DNA of 32,000 nucleotides from Delftia acidovorans NBRC 14950 (GCF_001598795.1 NZ_BCZP01000010.1:207082-239081); one strand, 5' to 3'. Shown: positions 1 through 9,972, numbered from the stretch's first letter. The notes: generated by a model from the sequence alone, not told the origin. Made by a program: numbers and translations.

Positions 1-1
1 C

Positions 2-1480
2 ATCTACTCGCACAGCCATGTGGACCATTTCGGCGGCGTGCGCGGCGTGGTGCGCCAGGAAGAGGTGGATGCAGGCCGCGTGCAGGTCATCGCGCCGGCT
101 GGCTTCATGGCCGAGGCCGTGGGCGAGAACGTGATCGCCGGCCACGCCATGGGCCGGCGCGCGCTCTACCAGTTCGGCATGCTGCTGCCGCGCAATGCCA
201 GGGGACAGGTGGACGCAGGGCTGGGCAAGGCGGGTGCGCCCGGCACCATGGGGCTGATCGCGCCCACGCGCGTGATCGACAAGCCGCGCGAGACCCTGCG
301 CATCGACGGCGTGGACATCGAGTTCGCGCTCACGCCCGGGGCCGAGGCGCCGGCCGAGATGATCATGTACTACCCCCAGCTCAAGGTGCTGAACATGGCC
401 GAGATCGCCGTGCACACACAGCACAACCTGCTGCCGCTGCGCGGCGCCCAGGTGCGCGATGCGCTGGGCTGGTCGCGCCACCTGAACGACGCCCTGCACA
501 CCTATGGCGGCAAGGCCGAGATCCTGATTGCCCAGCACCACTGGCCGGTCTGGGGCCAGCCCCGGCTGCAGCACCTGCTGGCCGGCCAGCGCGACACCTA
601 CAAATACCTGCACGACCAGACCGTGCGCCTCATGAACCACGGCTACGTGGGCTCGGAGATCGCCGAGATGCTGAAGATGCCCGAATCCCTGGCCCGCGAC
701 GGCGCAACGCATGCCTTCTACGGCCACCTGCGCCACAACATCCGCGCCATCTACCAGCACTACCTGGGTTACTACGAAGGCAATCCGGCGCAATTGGAGG
801 CGCTGCCGCCCGTGCCCGCCGCACGCAAGACCGTGGAATACATGGGGGGCGCCGACGCCGTGCTGCGCCGTGCGCAGGCCGACTACGAACGCGGCGAATA
901 CCGCTGGGTGGCGCAGATCGCCTCGCAGCTGGTCTTTGCCGACCCGGCCAACCAGGCCGCGCGCCGCCTGGCCGCCAATGCCTATGAACAGCTGGGCTAC
1001 CAGATGGAGTCGGCCACGGCCCGCAACGCCTTCCTGCAGGGCGCGGCGGAACTGCGCCAGGGCGTGCCCCAGCTGCCCAGGCCCGGCAGCACCGCACGCG
1101 ACCTGGTGCGCAGCCTGCCGCTGGAGATGTTCTTCGACTACCTGGGCGTGCGGCTGGACGCCGGCAAGGCCGCAGGCCAGCGCATCGTGCTCAACTGGAC
1201 CTTCACCGACACCGGCGAGCAGCGCAGCCTGAACCTGGAGAACAGCGCCCTCACCCAGAGCCCGGGCCTTGCGCCCGCCGCCCATGCCAGCCTGCGCCTG
1301 ACGCGCGCCACGCTGGACGCCATTGCAGGCCAGGAGACCACGATGGCCGAGGCCATCAAGAGCGGCCAGCTGCGCATCGAGGGCGACGCCTCCAAGGTAG
1401 CGGCGCTCATGTCCATGCTGGACCGCTTCGACAGCGTGTTCCCCATGGTGGAGCCACGCCCCGAACGAGCCGCTCAGTAA
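2..1480 (+). CDS. Alkyl/aryl-sulfatase-like metallo-beta-lactamase-fold hydrolase (SdsA1/YjcS type), 5' end cut by window edge
   Basis: Frame is open from nt 2. The first codons read IYSHSHVDHFGG, which is the HxHxDH zinc motif of MBL-fold enzymes. A long helical middle region and an SCP2-like C-terminal tail fit alkylsulfatases. TAA stop at 1478-1480. Confidence 0.8.
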   Translation: MYSHSHVDHFGGVRGVVRQEEVDAGRVQVIAPAGFMAEAVGENVIAGHAMGRRALYQFGMLLPRNARGQVDAGLGKAGAPGTMGLIAPTRVIDKPRETLRIDGVDIEFALTPGAEAPAEMIMYYPQLKVLNMAEIAVHTQHNLLPLRGAQVRDALGWSRHLNDALHTYGGKAEILIAQHHWPVWGQPRLQHLLAGQRDTYKYLHDQTVRLMNHGYVGSEIAEMLKMPESLARDGATHAFYGHLRHNIRAIYQHYLGYYEGNPAQLEALPPVPAARKTVEYMGGADAVLRRAQADYERGEYRWVAQIASQLVFADPANQAARRLAANAYEQLGYQMESATARNAFLQGAAELRQGVPQLPRPGSTARDLVRSLPLEMFFDYLGVRLDAGKAAGQRIVLNWTFTDTGEQRSLNLENSALTQSPGLAPAAHASLRLTRATLDAIAGQETTMAEAIKSGQLRIEGDASKVAALMSMLDRFDSVFPMVEPRPERAAQ

Positions 1481-2205
1481 CCGTGCTGGGCGCGGAAGTC
1501 GCGCGCCTTGCCGAAGTGCCCGTTGCCGATGAAGGGCACGGGCGGGCGCAGCGCCGACAGAGGCGAGGGATGGTTGCTGGTCAGCACCAGATGGCCCCGG
1601 TCGGCCGGAATGAAGGCGCGCTTGGACTGCGCATGGCTGCCCCAGAGCATGAAGACCACGGGGCGCGCGCCCTGGGCGATGTGTCGGATCACCGCATCGG
1701 TCAGCAGCTCCCAGCCCTTGCCCGAGTGGCTGGCCGCCTGGCCTTCCTCCACCGTGAGACAGGTGTTGAGCAGCAGCACGCCGTTCTTCGCCCACTTGAC
1801 CAGGCTGCCGCCCGGGTTGGGAAACGGCGGGAAGGGCACGCCCAGGTCACGCTGCATCTCCTTGAAGATGTTCTGCAGCGAGGGCGGCATGCGCACGCCC
1901 GGCGCCACCGAGAACGACAGGCCTTCGGCCTGCCCCCGGCCGTGGTAAGGGTCCTGCCCCAGGATGACCACGCGCACTTCCTCGGGCGGGGTCAGCTCCA
2001 GCGCGCGCAGCGGCTGGGGCGGGAAGATCACCGCGCCAGCTTCCAGGCGCTGGTGCAGAAAGGTCAGCAGCTGCTGGCCCGTGGCACCCGCGAAGAAGTC
2101 CTCGACCAAGGGCTGCCAGTCGGGCGCAACGGGCCAGTCGGAGGGATCGGCGGATTGGAGTTGGTCGGCTTGCGCCGGGGCGATTGCGTCGTCTTGAAGG
2201 GCCAT
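1474..2205 (-). CDS. ung: Uracil-DNA glycosylase (family 1)
   Basis: Motifs VVILGQDPYHGRGQAEGLSFSV, GVLLLNTCLTV and HPSPLSA are present. I moved the start to the internal ATG (MALQDD...) at 2205 because the 78-codon N-terminal extension of the tracked ORF has no UDG similarity. This gives 243 aa. The 3' end overlaps the convergent sulfatase gene by 7 nt. Confidence 0.9.
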   Translation of the reverse strand: MALQDDAIAPAQADQLQSADPSDWPVAPDWQPLVEDFFAGATGQQLLTFLHQRLEAGAVIFPPQPLRALELTPPEEVRVVILGQDPYHGRGQAEGLSFSVAPGVRMPPSLQNIFKEMQRDLGVPFPPFPNPGGSLVKWAKNGVLLLNTCLTVEEGQAASHSGKGWELLTDAVIRHIAQGARPVVFMLWGSHAQSKRAFIPADRGHLVLTSNHPSPLSALRPPVPFIGNGHFGKARDFRAQHGY

Positions 2206-2362
2206 GGCGGATGGGGCACCAGCGCACGCATGGCGCGCGATGGTGGTTCCTCGAAGGTACGAAAGAAACGGGAATGCACCGGCGCGCGGCCGGTGCATTG
2301 ATGTCCTGAGGATACCCGCAGTCGCACAGCCGCCCGGCGTGTGCGACATGCACGTCAGCGCA

Positions 2363-3856
2363 TCAGCGCGTCCGGCGGCGCCGGCGCATTGCCGCCATGG
2401 CCAGCAGCACCGAGGCCGATGTGGCCGCCAGACCCGCAAGGTTCCACACGGGAATGGCTGCAGCAGACGTCGCCGCCATCACCATGATGCCGCCCGGATC
2501 GACCACCACGCCATTGGCCTGCAGGTCATCGTCGCCCAGGCCACCGTCCTGGACTTCCAGGGTGTAGGTATTGGCCGAGATCACCTTGAAGCCGTCGTTG
2601 AAGGCATACCAGTGCGGTGCCGGGTTGGCCGCCGTGGGACCGTATTTCCAGTACTGGGCACCCGCGGGCAGGGCCTGCGGCATGGTGACGCTGAGCTTCA
2701 GCGTCGCGCCTGAGTTGCAGCCCGACGAGCGCAGGTTCAGCACGCCCAGCGGATAGGCCGCTGCACCCTGGGGCGGCGCCGTGGGCAGGCTTTGCGCACG
2801 CACCAGCGATGCCGATTGCAGGCTGCAGCCGCTGGCCGGATTGCTGACGGTCAGCGTCGCGCTGCCGCCTTGCAGGGTCGAGATGGTGGTGGCGCCAGCG
2901 ACAGGGGCGTTGACCGTCAGGGGCTGCGAGGCTGGCCCCGCGCCGCTGCTGGACTGTGCCGCCACGCTGCAGTTGTAGGCCACGCCGGGCGTCAGGCCGT
3001 TGACCGCCACCGTCGGAGTGCTGGACGTGCCCGTCAGCACCGCGCCGCCGCCTTGCGGGACGCATTGCGCCACATAGCCCGTGACCGTCTGGCCGGGGAT
3101 GGAGGCGACCGGATCGAAGGTCAGCTGCATGGCCGTGCCCTGCGCGAAAAAGCCCGTATCGGCAGGTGGCTGAAGTGCGCCCGGAACGCTGCCGGACCAG
3201 ACACTCATCGCATCCACGCCGAAGAACAGGCTTTGCCGGTTGTCCACCTCGGCAATGCGCAGCCGCACGGTCTGGCCCGCGTAGGCCGACAGGTCGAACT
3301 GCAGCGACTGGTAGCCGCTGCCGCTGGCCGAAGGGCCGGGCACCGTGGCCGGCGGCCACTGGAAGACATTGGCCAGCACACCGGCGCCCAGGCTGTCGGG
3401 CGCGGCTGCAGGGTTCATGACGTCGATGCGCACCTGCTGGTTGGGCGCAGCCACCGTGTAGTCAAGCGTGGCCGGCGCCGCAGCGACCTTGGCCGCATTC
3501 TGGACATGGACGCGGGCGCTCAGCGTGGCCGGGCTGCCCGCCGGAATGGCGACGTCCTGGTAGAGCACATGGCTGCCGGGGCCGGGCTGGTCGCTCATGA
3601 GGGCAAACGCCCCGTCGGGAGGTGCAGGCACGGCCACGGGCGTGATGGCGCCCCTGGTGCCTTGCTGGGCGGCGAAGCCGCCCTTGGAGCCGGCCTGGGA
3701 CACGGATTGCCAGCCCGTGAAAACCAGGGAACCCGGACCGGAGTTCTGCTCGAAACTGCCGTTGGCCAGCAGTTCGGCGGCTTGCGCCGGGCCCAGGGCC
3801 GCAAACACCGCAAGCCCCAGACAGGACTTGCGGGCAACGCCTTTTACGCTGTGCAT
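2363..3856 (-). CDS. Secreted multidomain protein: signal peptide, galactose-binding/CBM-like N-domain, FN3-like domain, C-terminal IPTL-CTERM-like sorting tail
   Basis: Signal peptide LGLAVFAALGPAQA-AE is followed by ELLANGSFE...GW, a typical CBM-like opening. An FN3-like segment reads GLTPGVAYNCSVAAQSSSGAGPAS. The C-terminus is GLGDDDLQANGVVVDPGG...IPVWNLAGLAATSASVLLAMAAMRRRRRTR: a short motif, a hydrophobic helix and an Arg cluster. Confidence 0.6.
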   Translation of the reverse strand: MHSVKGVARKSCLGLAVFAALGPAQAAELLANGSFEQNSGPGSLVFTGWQSVSQAGSKGGFAAQQGTRGAITPVAVPAPPDGAFALMSDQPGPGSHVLYQDVAIPAGSPATLSARVHVQNAAKVAAAPATLDYTVAAPNQQVRIDVMNPAAAPDSLGAGVLANVFQWPPATVPGPSASGSGYQSLQFDLSAYAGQTVRLRIAEVDNRQSLFFGVDAMSVWSGSVPGALQPPADTGFFAQGTAMQLTFDPVASIPGQTVTGYVAQCVPQGGGAVLTGTSSTPTVAVNGLTPGVAYNCSVAAQSSSGAGPASQPLTVNAPVAGATTISTLQGGSATLTVSNPASGCSLQSASLVRAQSLPTAPPQGAAAYPLGVLNLRSSGCNSGATLKLSVTMPQALPAGAQYWKYGPTAANPAPHWYAFNDGFKVISANTYTLEVQDGGLGDDDLQANGVVVDPGGIMVMAATSAAAIPVWNLAGLAATSASVLLAMAAMRRRRRTR

Positions 3857-3874
3857 GATGCTGCCTTGCGCCGA

Positions 3875-4618
3875 TCAGCGTTCGTAGACGGTGTCGGTGG
3901 GCGCGCTGTCCTGGGTGTTGCCCATGACCCGGTTGTTGTTGAACGAGGTGATCTTCCCGCCAGCCACAGCGTTGAACGCCTTGTCATTGCCGAACACCGT
4001 GGTGTTGGACAGGTAGACCTGGGCGGCCGTGCTCTGGACACTGATGGCGGCGCGTTCCGGCTCGCCCTGTGCTGGCACTACATTGCCCAGCAATTGCGAG
4101 CGTTGCACCAGAACAGACACAGAAGTAGCGCCCGTATCGACCTTCACCGCCGCCTGCGTGAAGCCCTGGATCCTGACGTTGTCCAGCACCACTTTGCCTG
4201 CCTGGACGATTCTGACGCCGAACGTTCCTGTGCCGTTGCCGACGATGTCCAGATCCCGCAGCACCACGGTGTCAGAAACACCCGCGTTGATGGTGATGCC
4301 CGCGGTACCGGAGACCAGCACGCCGGCAAGCACGCCTGTGCCGTCCACCTGCATGGACTTGGTGATAGTGAGTCCACCGACGCCCGCAGGATCCAGCACG
4401 TTGATCTCGCCATTGGCGGCCGTCTTGGAGATGGCCCCCGCAAACGTCTTGCAGGGAGCCGTGCGGCTGCAGGGGTTGACGTCATCGCCCACGCCCGAGA
4501 CCCAGGTGCGCGTGGCCTGTGCCCAGGCGCCGGAGGATGCCAGCGTGGCCGATGCGCAAACGATGAGGGCAGCCCAGCCGCGGCTGGACAGGAAAGGGGC
4601 ACGGGGAATGAACGACAT
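3875..4618 (-). CDS. Secreted right-handed parallel beta-helix repeat protein
   Basis: Start moved to the ATG at 4618 (MSFIPRAPF...), which has GGAG 8 nt upstream. Signal peptide ends ...ASSGAWAQ. TWVSGVGDDVNPCSRTAPCKTFAGAI and repeated short G/N/V-rich beta rungs (VLRDLDIVGNG, VVLDNVRIQG) indicate a beta-helix. 247 aa. Confidence 0.6.
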   Translation of the reverse strand: MSFIPRAPFLSSRGWAALIVCASATLASSGAWAQATRTWVSGVGDDVNPCSRTAPCKTFAGAISKTAANGEINVLDPAGVGGLTITKSMQVDGTGVLAGVLVSGTAGITINAGVSDTVVLRDLDIVGNGTGTFGVRIVQAGKVVLDNVRIQGFTQAAVKVDTGATSVSVLVQRSQLLGNVVPAQGEPERAAISVQSTAAQVYLSNTTVFGNDKAFNAVAGGKITSFNNNRVMGNTQDSAPTDTVYER

Positions 4619-4727
4619 CGGAATCTCCGTAGGCGATGGGCTGCGGCCATGTTGCCGGATCGGCATTTCATGCGCATTGTCAATAATTATCATGCGAACG
4701 AAAAACTTTCAGAAACACTATTTGCAC

Positions 4728-4761
4728 AAAAAAAAGCCCGCACGCATGGCTGCGGCGGGCT
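4728..4761 (-). terminator. Rho-independent terminator downstream of trpC
   Basis: Minus strand reads AGCCCGC-CGCA-GCCA-TGCG-(T)-GCGGGC followed by T8. This is a GC-rich stem of about 10 bp with one bulge, a tetraloop and a long U tract, 43 nt after the trpC stop. Confidence 0.8.
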
Positions 4762-4803
4762 GCTTCGGTGGCGCTCCACCGAGGGACCGATCCGGTCTCG
4801 GCT

Positions 4804-5607
4804 TCAGGCAAACAGCTTGGCCAGCGCCTCTCCCGGCTCCTTGGCGCGCATGAAGGCCTCGCCCACCAGGAAGCTGTGGATGCCGGCATCGCGCATGGCC
4901 TTGACGTCCTCGCGGCTGCCGATGCCCGACTCGGTGACCAGCAGGCGGTCGGCGGGCACGTTCTTTTGCAGGTCCAGCGTGGTCTGGATGCTGACCTCGA
5001 AGCTGCGCAGGTTGCGGTTGTTGATGCCCACCAGCGGCGTCTTGAGCCGGAGGGCGCGGTCCAGTTCGGCGCCGTCGTGGACCTCGACCAGCACGGCCAT
5101 GTCCAGGCTGTGGGCGATCTGTTCCATCTCGGCCATCTGCGCGTCGTCCAGGCAGGCGGCGATCAGCAGCACGCAGTCGGCGCCCATGGCCCGCGATTCG
5201 TAGATCTGGTAGGGATCGACCATGAAATCCTTGCGCAGCACGGGCAGGTGGCAGCTGGCGCGCGCCTGCTTGAGATAGTCCACGCTGCCCTGGAAGAACT
5301 GCTTGTCGGTCAGCACCGAGAGGCAGGCGGCGCTGACACCCTTGCCGTCGCCATCGGCATAGCTTTGCGCGATGTCGGCGGGGATGAAGTCCTCGCGGAT
5401 CACGCCCTTGCTGGGGCTGGCCTTCTTGATCTCGGCGATCACGCCGGCCTGGCCGGCGGCGATCTTGGCGCGCAGCGCGCCCACGAAGTCGCGCGTGAGC
5501 ACGCGGCTTTCGGCGTCGCGGCGCATGTCCGCGAAGGGCATGCGCTTCTGGGCGGCGGCCACTTCCTGCACTTTCACGTCGCAGATTTGCTTGAGGATGT
5601 CGGACAC
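4804..5607 (-). CDS. trpC: Indole-3-glycerol-phosphate synthase
   Basis: 267 aa. N-terminus (M)[40 protein letters not shown] and [12 protein letters not shown] are hallmark TrpC segments. GTG start with AAGGAAAG upstream. Confidence 0.92.
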   Translation of the reverse strand: MSDILKQICDVKVQEVAAAQKRMPFADMRRDAESRVLTRDFVGALRAKIAAGQAGVIAEIKKASPSKGVIREDFIPADIAQSYADGDGKGVSAACLSVLTDKQFFQGSVDYLKQARASCHLPVLRKDFMVDPYQIYESRAMGADCVLLIAACLDDAQMAEMEQIAHSLDMAVLVEVHDGAELDRALRLKTPLVGINNRNLRSFEVSIQTTLDLQKNVPADRLLVTESGIGSREDVKAMRDAGIHSFLVGEAFMRAKEPGEALAKLFA

Positions 5608-5657
5608 GTTGCTTTCCTTGGTTTCTTGTATTCGGTGGTCGATGGGGGCTGCGCGGC

Positions 5658-6692
5658 TCAGGCCGTCAGCCGGGCCGTGTAGGCCACGAGTTCGTTGAGC
5701 TTGGCCAGGGCAGCGCCGCTGTCCAGCGCCGCCTGGGCGCGGGCCATGCCGTCCTCAATGCTGGAGGCCACGTTGGCCGCATACAGGGCGGCACCCGCGT
5801 TCAGGCAGACGATGTCGCGCGCGGCACTCTTTTCGCCATGGAGCACGCCCAGCAGCATGGCCTTGGATTCCTCGGGATTGTCCACCTTGAAGGCGCGCGT
5901 GCCCACCATGCGCAGGCCGAAGTCCTCGGGATGGATCTCGTACTCGCGCACCACGCCGTCCTTGAGCTCGCCCACCAGGGTGCCCGCGCCCAGGCTGATC
6001 TCGTCCAGGCCGTCGCGGCCATAGACCACGATGGCGTGCTCGGCGCCCAGGCGCTGCAGCGCGCGCACCTGGATGCCGACCAGGTCCTCGTGGAACACGC
6101 CCATGAGGATGTTGGGCGCGCTGGCCGGATTGGTCAGCGGGCCCAGGATGTTGAAGATGGTGCGCACGCCCAGCTCCTTGCGCACGGGCGCCACGTTCTT
6201 CATGGCCGGGTGGTGGTTGGGCGCGAACATGAAGCCGATGCCCACGTCGGCGATGCTGCGCGCGATCTGCTCGGGGCTGAGCTGGATGTTGACGCCCAGC
6301 GCCTCCATGGCGTCGGCGCTGCCGCTCTTGCTGCTGACGCTGCGCCCGCCGTGCTTGCTGACCTTGCCGCCCGCCGCCGCGATCACGAAGATGGAGCAGG
6401 TGGAGATGTTGAAGGTGTTGGCGCCGTCGCCGCCCGTGCCCACGATGTCCACCAGGTGGCGCTTGTCCTCCACATGGACCTTGTTGGAGAACTCGCGCAT
6501 GACCTCGGCCGCGGCCGTGATCTCGCCGATGGTCTCCTTCTTCACGCGCAGGCCGGTGACGATGGCGGCCGTCATCACGGGCGACAGCTCGCCGCGCATG
6601 ATCAGGCGCATCAGGTGCAGCATCTCGTCGTGGAAGATTTCGCGGTGCTCGATGGTGCGCTGCAGCGCTTCCTGGGGGGTGATCTGGGTCAT
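5658..6692 (-). CDS. trpD: Anthranilate phosphoribosyltransferase
   Basis: Start moved to the internal ATG at 6692 ([11 protein letters not shown]...). [34 protein letters not shown] and [12 protein letters not shown] are TrpD signatures. 344 aa. The tracked 466-aa ORF has a spurious Arg/Pro/His-rich extension that overlaps trpG. Confidence 0.92.
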   Translation of the reverse strand: MTQITPQEALQRTIEHREIFHDEMLHLMRLIMRGELSPVMTAAIVTGLRVKKETIGEITAAAEVMREFSNKVHVEDKRHLVDIVGTGGDGANTFNISTCSIFVIAAAGGKVSKHGGRSVSSKSGSADAMEALGVNIQLSPEQIARSIADVGIGFMFAPNHHPAMKNVAPVRKELGVRTIFNILGPLTNPASAPNILMGVFHEDLVGIQVRALQRLGAEHAIVVYGRDGLDEISLGAGTLVGELKDGVVREYEIHPEDFGLRMVGTRAFKVDNPEESKAMLLGVLHGEKSAARDIVCLNAGAALYAANVASSIEDGMARAQAALDSGAALAKLNELVAYTARLTA

Positions 6693-6721
6693 TGCGGTGT
6701 CTCGGTTGGGTGCCGGCCTGC

Positions 6722-7309
6722 TCAGGCCTTCTGTTCCAGGAAATTCTTCAGCATGGCGTGGCCATGCTCGGTGAGGATGCTCTCGGGGTGGAATTGCACG
6801 CCCTCGATGGCCAGGCTGGTGTGGCGCACGCCCTGGATCTCGCCGTCCTCGCTGGTGGCCGTGATCTCCAGGCATTCGGGCAGGCTGGAGCGCGCAATGG
6901 CCAGCGAGTGGTAGCGGTTGACCGTGAACTGCTCGGGCAGGTCGGCGAACACGCCCTTGCGGTCGGTGGTGATGACGCTGGTCTTGCCATGCATCTGCTG
7001 GCCCGCGCGCACGATGTCGCCGCCGAAGGCCGCGCCAATGCTCTGGTGGCCCAGGCACACGCCCAGGATGGGCAGGCGGCCTGCAAAGTGCTGGATGGCC
7101 GCCACGGAAATGCCCGCCTCGGCCGGCGAGCAGGGGCCGGGCGAGATCACCAGGCGGTCGATCTTCTCGCGCTCGACCAGGGCGATCACCTCGTCCAGCG
7201 TGGCCTCGTCATTGCGCACCACGGTGACATCGGCACCCAGCTCGCCGAAGTACTGGACGATGTTGTAGGTGAAGCTGTCGTAGTTGTCGATCATCAGCAG
7301 TCTGGTCAT
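6722..7309 (-). CDS. trpG: Anthranilate synthase component II (glutamine amidotransferase)
   Basis: 195 aa. [21 protein letters not shown] (catalytic Cys) and GVQFHPES (His/Glu) form the class-I GATase triad. AGGAG lies 5 nt before the ATG. The gene sits directly upstream of trpD-trpC. Confidence 0.9.
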   Translation of the reverse strand: MTRLLMIDNYDSFTYNIVQYFGELGADVTVVRNDEATLDEVIALVEREKIDRLVISPGPCSPAEAGISVAAIQHFAGRLPILGVCLGHQSIGAAFGGDIVRAGQQMHGKTSVITTDRKGVFADLPEQFTVNRYHSLAIARSSLPECLEITATSEDGEIQGVRHTSLAIEGVQFHPESILTEHGHAMLKNFLEQKA

Positions 7310-7707
7310 ACCGGCTCCTGGGTCTCAAAGGGAAAAACGGGTGGCGCGGGCATGCCGCAGCGAAGGCTGGCGCGGGAATGCGCGCAATGCTGCCTGGGTC
7401 TGGAAGGGGGAATCTGAGGGCATCTGGGCAATCTCCTGGGTTCTGGGAGCCGCCGTGCCGGGGAGCCATCTGCTGGGTGAGCCTTGCTGCCGTCACGGCG
7501 GCAAGGCGCGGTACGCAACCGCAACGACGTGCCGCTTCCTTATTGGAAGCGCCACCACTGTGCAACGATGATCGAAACGGGCGTACCGTTCATGGCTGTC
7601 TTGGATCGAGAGTTCAAGTGTCTGGAAGACGGGAATGCAGCAGGCTGCATGGCGGAGCATGCTAACACAGGGTCCGCGCAGCGTGGCGGGACGACCCTGC
7701 GGGCGCC

Positions 7708-8331
7708 TCACTTCAGGAAATCCGGCTGGTCGAACTTCTGCTTCAAAAAGCGCCCGTTGGCCAGCAGCGCCTGCGCATCGCTGGCCGCCACATGGGCCAC
7801 CACCTGCTGCATCTGCCCGGCCAGCAGCGCCAGCTGCTCGGTCAACAGTTGCCTGGGCGTCTTGCCGTCCTGCACGGGCTGGGTGACACGGAACAGCGGC
7901 GGCAGCGCCGCATAGTGCGACAGCGTGGCGGGCAGGTACTCCAGCACCGTCTCGCGCACGGTGAACAGGCCGTCGTTGAAGACCGGGCCGGCCTCGGCCA
8001 GCGAGGGCAGCACCTCGTGCACCGAGCCGCGCACGCTGTCCAGGTGCTTTTGCATCTCGGGCGTGAGCATCGGGCGGGCCTTTTGCACCAGTTCGTCGAT
8101 GCGTTCGCGGATGTCCTCGGCGCTCCAGTGCTGCTGCAGCGCCCGCTCGAAGCTGGCGCCCGCGGGCTGCAGGGCCCAGCCCAGCAGCAGGCCCGCGACG
8201 TACAGGCCCAGGGTGATCCAGCCCCAGCCGGCACCGATCACGCCGGCAAACAGCAGCACCGGCCCCAGCAGGGCCAGCGCCAGGCCGGCGAGGTTGCCGT
8301 TGCCGTAGAAGAAAAGCTGCAGGCGGCGCAT
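7708..8331 (-). CDS. XpaC-like (5-bromo-4-chloroindolyl phosphate hydrolysis family-like) membrane protein, TelA-associated
   Basis: Start moved to the ATG at 8331 (MRRLQLFFYGNG...), giving 207 aa. It has two N-terminal TM helices (LAGLALALLGPVLLFAGVIG, WITLGLYVAGLLLGWAL) and then a helical cytoplasmic domain. Size, topology and position next to a TelA gene match XpaC. Family assignment is by architecture only. Confidence 0.5.
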   Translation of the reverse strand: MRRLQLFFYGNGNLAGLALALLGPVLLFAGVIGAGWGWITLGLYVAGLLLGWALQPAGASFERALQQHWSAEDIRERIDELVQKARPMLTPEMQKHLDSVRGSVHEVLPSLAEAGPVFNDGLFTVRETVLEYLPATLSHYAALPPLFRVTQPVQDGKTPRQLLTEQLALLAGQMQQVVAHVAASDAQALLANGRFLKQKFDQPDFLK

Positions 8332-8359
8332 CAGGCGGGTCCGATCGGTGGCGGCGCTG

Positions 8360-9970
8360 TCACTGGTAGCCCCGGATTTCCTTGAACACCAGCGGCAGTC
8401 CGCTCTTGCCGGTGTTGCGCGCATCGAAGGCGCGCCCGCCCGTCAGCGCGGCCAGGGCCTGCATTTCGCCGGACTGCGCCTCGCCAAAGATGATGGGAAA
8501 GACGCGCACCAGCGGCGCGCCGCCGTCGCGCGCCATGCGCTGCTCGCGCTCGAACGCGGCCCAGTCGCGGCCGGCCGTGTTGGCGCCATCGGTCAGCAGC
8601 ACGATGCTGACGAAGCGCTCGGGATCGGCCCGCAGCTCCTGGCGTGCCTGCTGCTGGGCCAGCGTGAGCGCGTCATAGATGGCCGTGCCGCCGTCGGCCA
8701 CCAGGCTGTCGGCATAGGCCAGCACCTGGGCGCTTGCGGCCTGCAGGTCGCCCGCCGCGAACTGCACGCGCGCGGGCTGGCCGACCAGGCCCGAGAAAGG
8801 AATCAGCAGCACGCGCTCGCGCGCCTGGAAGGCGGCATAGCGCTGGCTGGCGGCCGAGGCCTCGGCGCCGGACAGCAGCTTGAGCGCCTCCTTCATCTGC
8901 GCCAGCCGCGCACCCTTCATGGAGCCGCTCACGTCCAGCACGAAGATGCTGGTGGCCGGGCGGCGCAGATCGCTCTGGTAGGCCGAGAGCACGGCATCGA
9001 TCACCTCCAGCCGGTTCGGAAAGCTCAACTCCACCACGGGCGCCGTGGGCAGCGCCGGGCTGGCCTGTGCCTCGGGGCTGGCGGGGCGCAACTGGGCCTG
9101 GCGCAGCGGCTGGCCCTGGAAGGCGGGGGCCTTGAACTGGGCGACCAGCTTGTCATAGTCGGCGCGCCGCGCAGCGTTGATCAGCATCAGCGGATAGTCG
9201 GCCGAGATCACGCCGTCGCGCGGGTAGACCAGGGTTAGCCGGTCGGCGGCGGGCAGCTTCTCGTTCAGGCGCAGGATCACGGCCTCGTAGTTGACCAGCG
9301 CATCGACGGCGCCGGGCTCACGCTCGAAGGCCTCGGCCAGCCAGCCGGAGCTGCCTGCCGTGAGCTTCTGACCCGACAGAAAGTCCTTGAGCACCTTGGC
9401 ATTGACCTCCCTGGCGTCCAGGTCCTCGGTCTTGCCGGCCACGGCCGAGGCCACGGCGAACAGCGCGCTCATGCCGGTGTTGGAGCTGGCCGGATTGGTC
9501 ATGCCGTAGCGCAGCCGGCCCTGGGCGGCAGCGCGTGCGATGTCGGCCCAGGTGGGCGGGGCCTTGTCCCAGCCCAGCTTTTGCAGCACCGGTGTCTTCA
9601 CGCCCAGGGCCACACGCGAGTAGAAAAGCTTTTCGCGCGCCAGCGGCTTGTTCGCCAGCGCCAGCGCGGGATAGGCGCCATTGGGCGGCAGGATGGCGTC
9701 GTACTGCTCGCCCGCATTGATGTGTTCGACCATCTCCAGCGTGCCCGCATAGCTGAGCTTGAGCGGCACGCCCGCCGCCGTGGCGGCCTGCTCCAGCGCG
9801 GGCGCCACGTCCTTGAGTTCGGAGCCGGCCAGCACGGTGAATGCACCCTGGGGACCAGCAGGCGCATCGGCCTTTGCCGCGGCCTGCGTCGCGGGTTCGG
9901 GCGACTTGCCGCAGCCGGCCAGGGCCAGCGCCAGACCCAGCAGCCACCAGGCCGCCAGGCGCCGGAACAT
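8360..9970 (-). CDS. Lipoprotein with N-terminal periplasmic solute-binding (PBP-like) domain fused to C-terminal von Willebrand factor A domain
   Basis: Start moved to the ATG at 9970 (MFRRLAAWWLLGLALALAGC, a lipobox), 2 nt after the TelA stop. The PBP-like half includes MTNPASSNTGMSALFAV. The vWA half has a MIDAS motif, IFVLDVSGSMKG, plus GGTAIYDAL and LLTDGANT. 536 aa. Confidence 0.8.
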   Translation of the reverse strand: MFRRLAAWWLLGLALALAGCGKSPEPATQAAAKADAPAGPQGAFTVLAGSELKDVAPALEQAATAAGVPLKLSYAGTLEMVEHINAGEQYDAILPPNGAYPALALANKPLAREKLFYSRVALGVKTPVLQKLGWDKAPPTWADIARAAAQGRLRYGMTNPASSNTGMSALFAVASAVAGKTEDLDAREVNAKVLKDFLSGQKLTAGSSGWLAEAFEREPGAVDALVNYEAVILRLNEKLPAADRLTLVYPRDGVISADYPLMLINAARRADYDKLVAQFKAPAFQGQPLRQAQLRPASPEAQASPALPTAPVVELSFPNRLEVIDAVLSAYQSDLRRPATSIFVLDVSGSMKGARLAQMKEALKLLSGAEASAASQRYAAFQARERVLLIPFSGLVGQPARVQFAAGDLQAASAQVLAYADSLVADGGTAIYDALTLAQQQARQELRADPERFVSIVLLTDGANTAGRDWAAFEREQRMARDGGAPLVRVFPIIFGEAQSGEMQALAALTGGRAFDARNTGKSGLPLVFKEIRGYQ

Positions 9971-9972
9971 GC

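Noticed and set aside
5658-7058. Long N-terminal extensions of tracked ORFs: trpD to 7058, the vWA protein to 10624, ung to 2439, the XpaC-like protein to 8424, the beta-helix protein to 4693, and rbbA from 17916.
   Set aside because: The extensions are low-complexity, overlap the upstream gene, and lack homology-like sequence. Internal starts give RBS support, signal peptides or ATGA coupling.
7482-7506. 11-bp hairpin CCTTGCTGCCG-tca-CGGCGGCAAGG, and the 7635-7650 palindrome ATGCAGC-ag-GCTGCAT, considered as terminators.
   Set aside because: There is no U tract on either strand. The first has an A-C mismatch when read on the minus strand, and the second has a 2-nt loop. They could be protein-binding sites, but nothing supports a call.
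7590-7630. tRNA-like GTTCAAG T-loop motif in the trpG/XpaC spacer.
   Set aside because: The flanking bases do not form a T stem (GAGAG versus GTCTG), and no acceptor or anticodon arms can be drawn.
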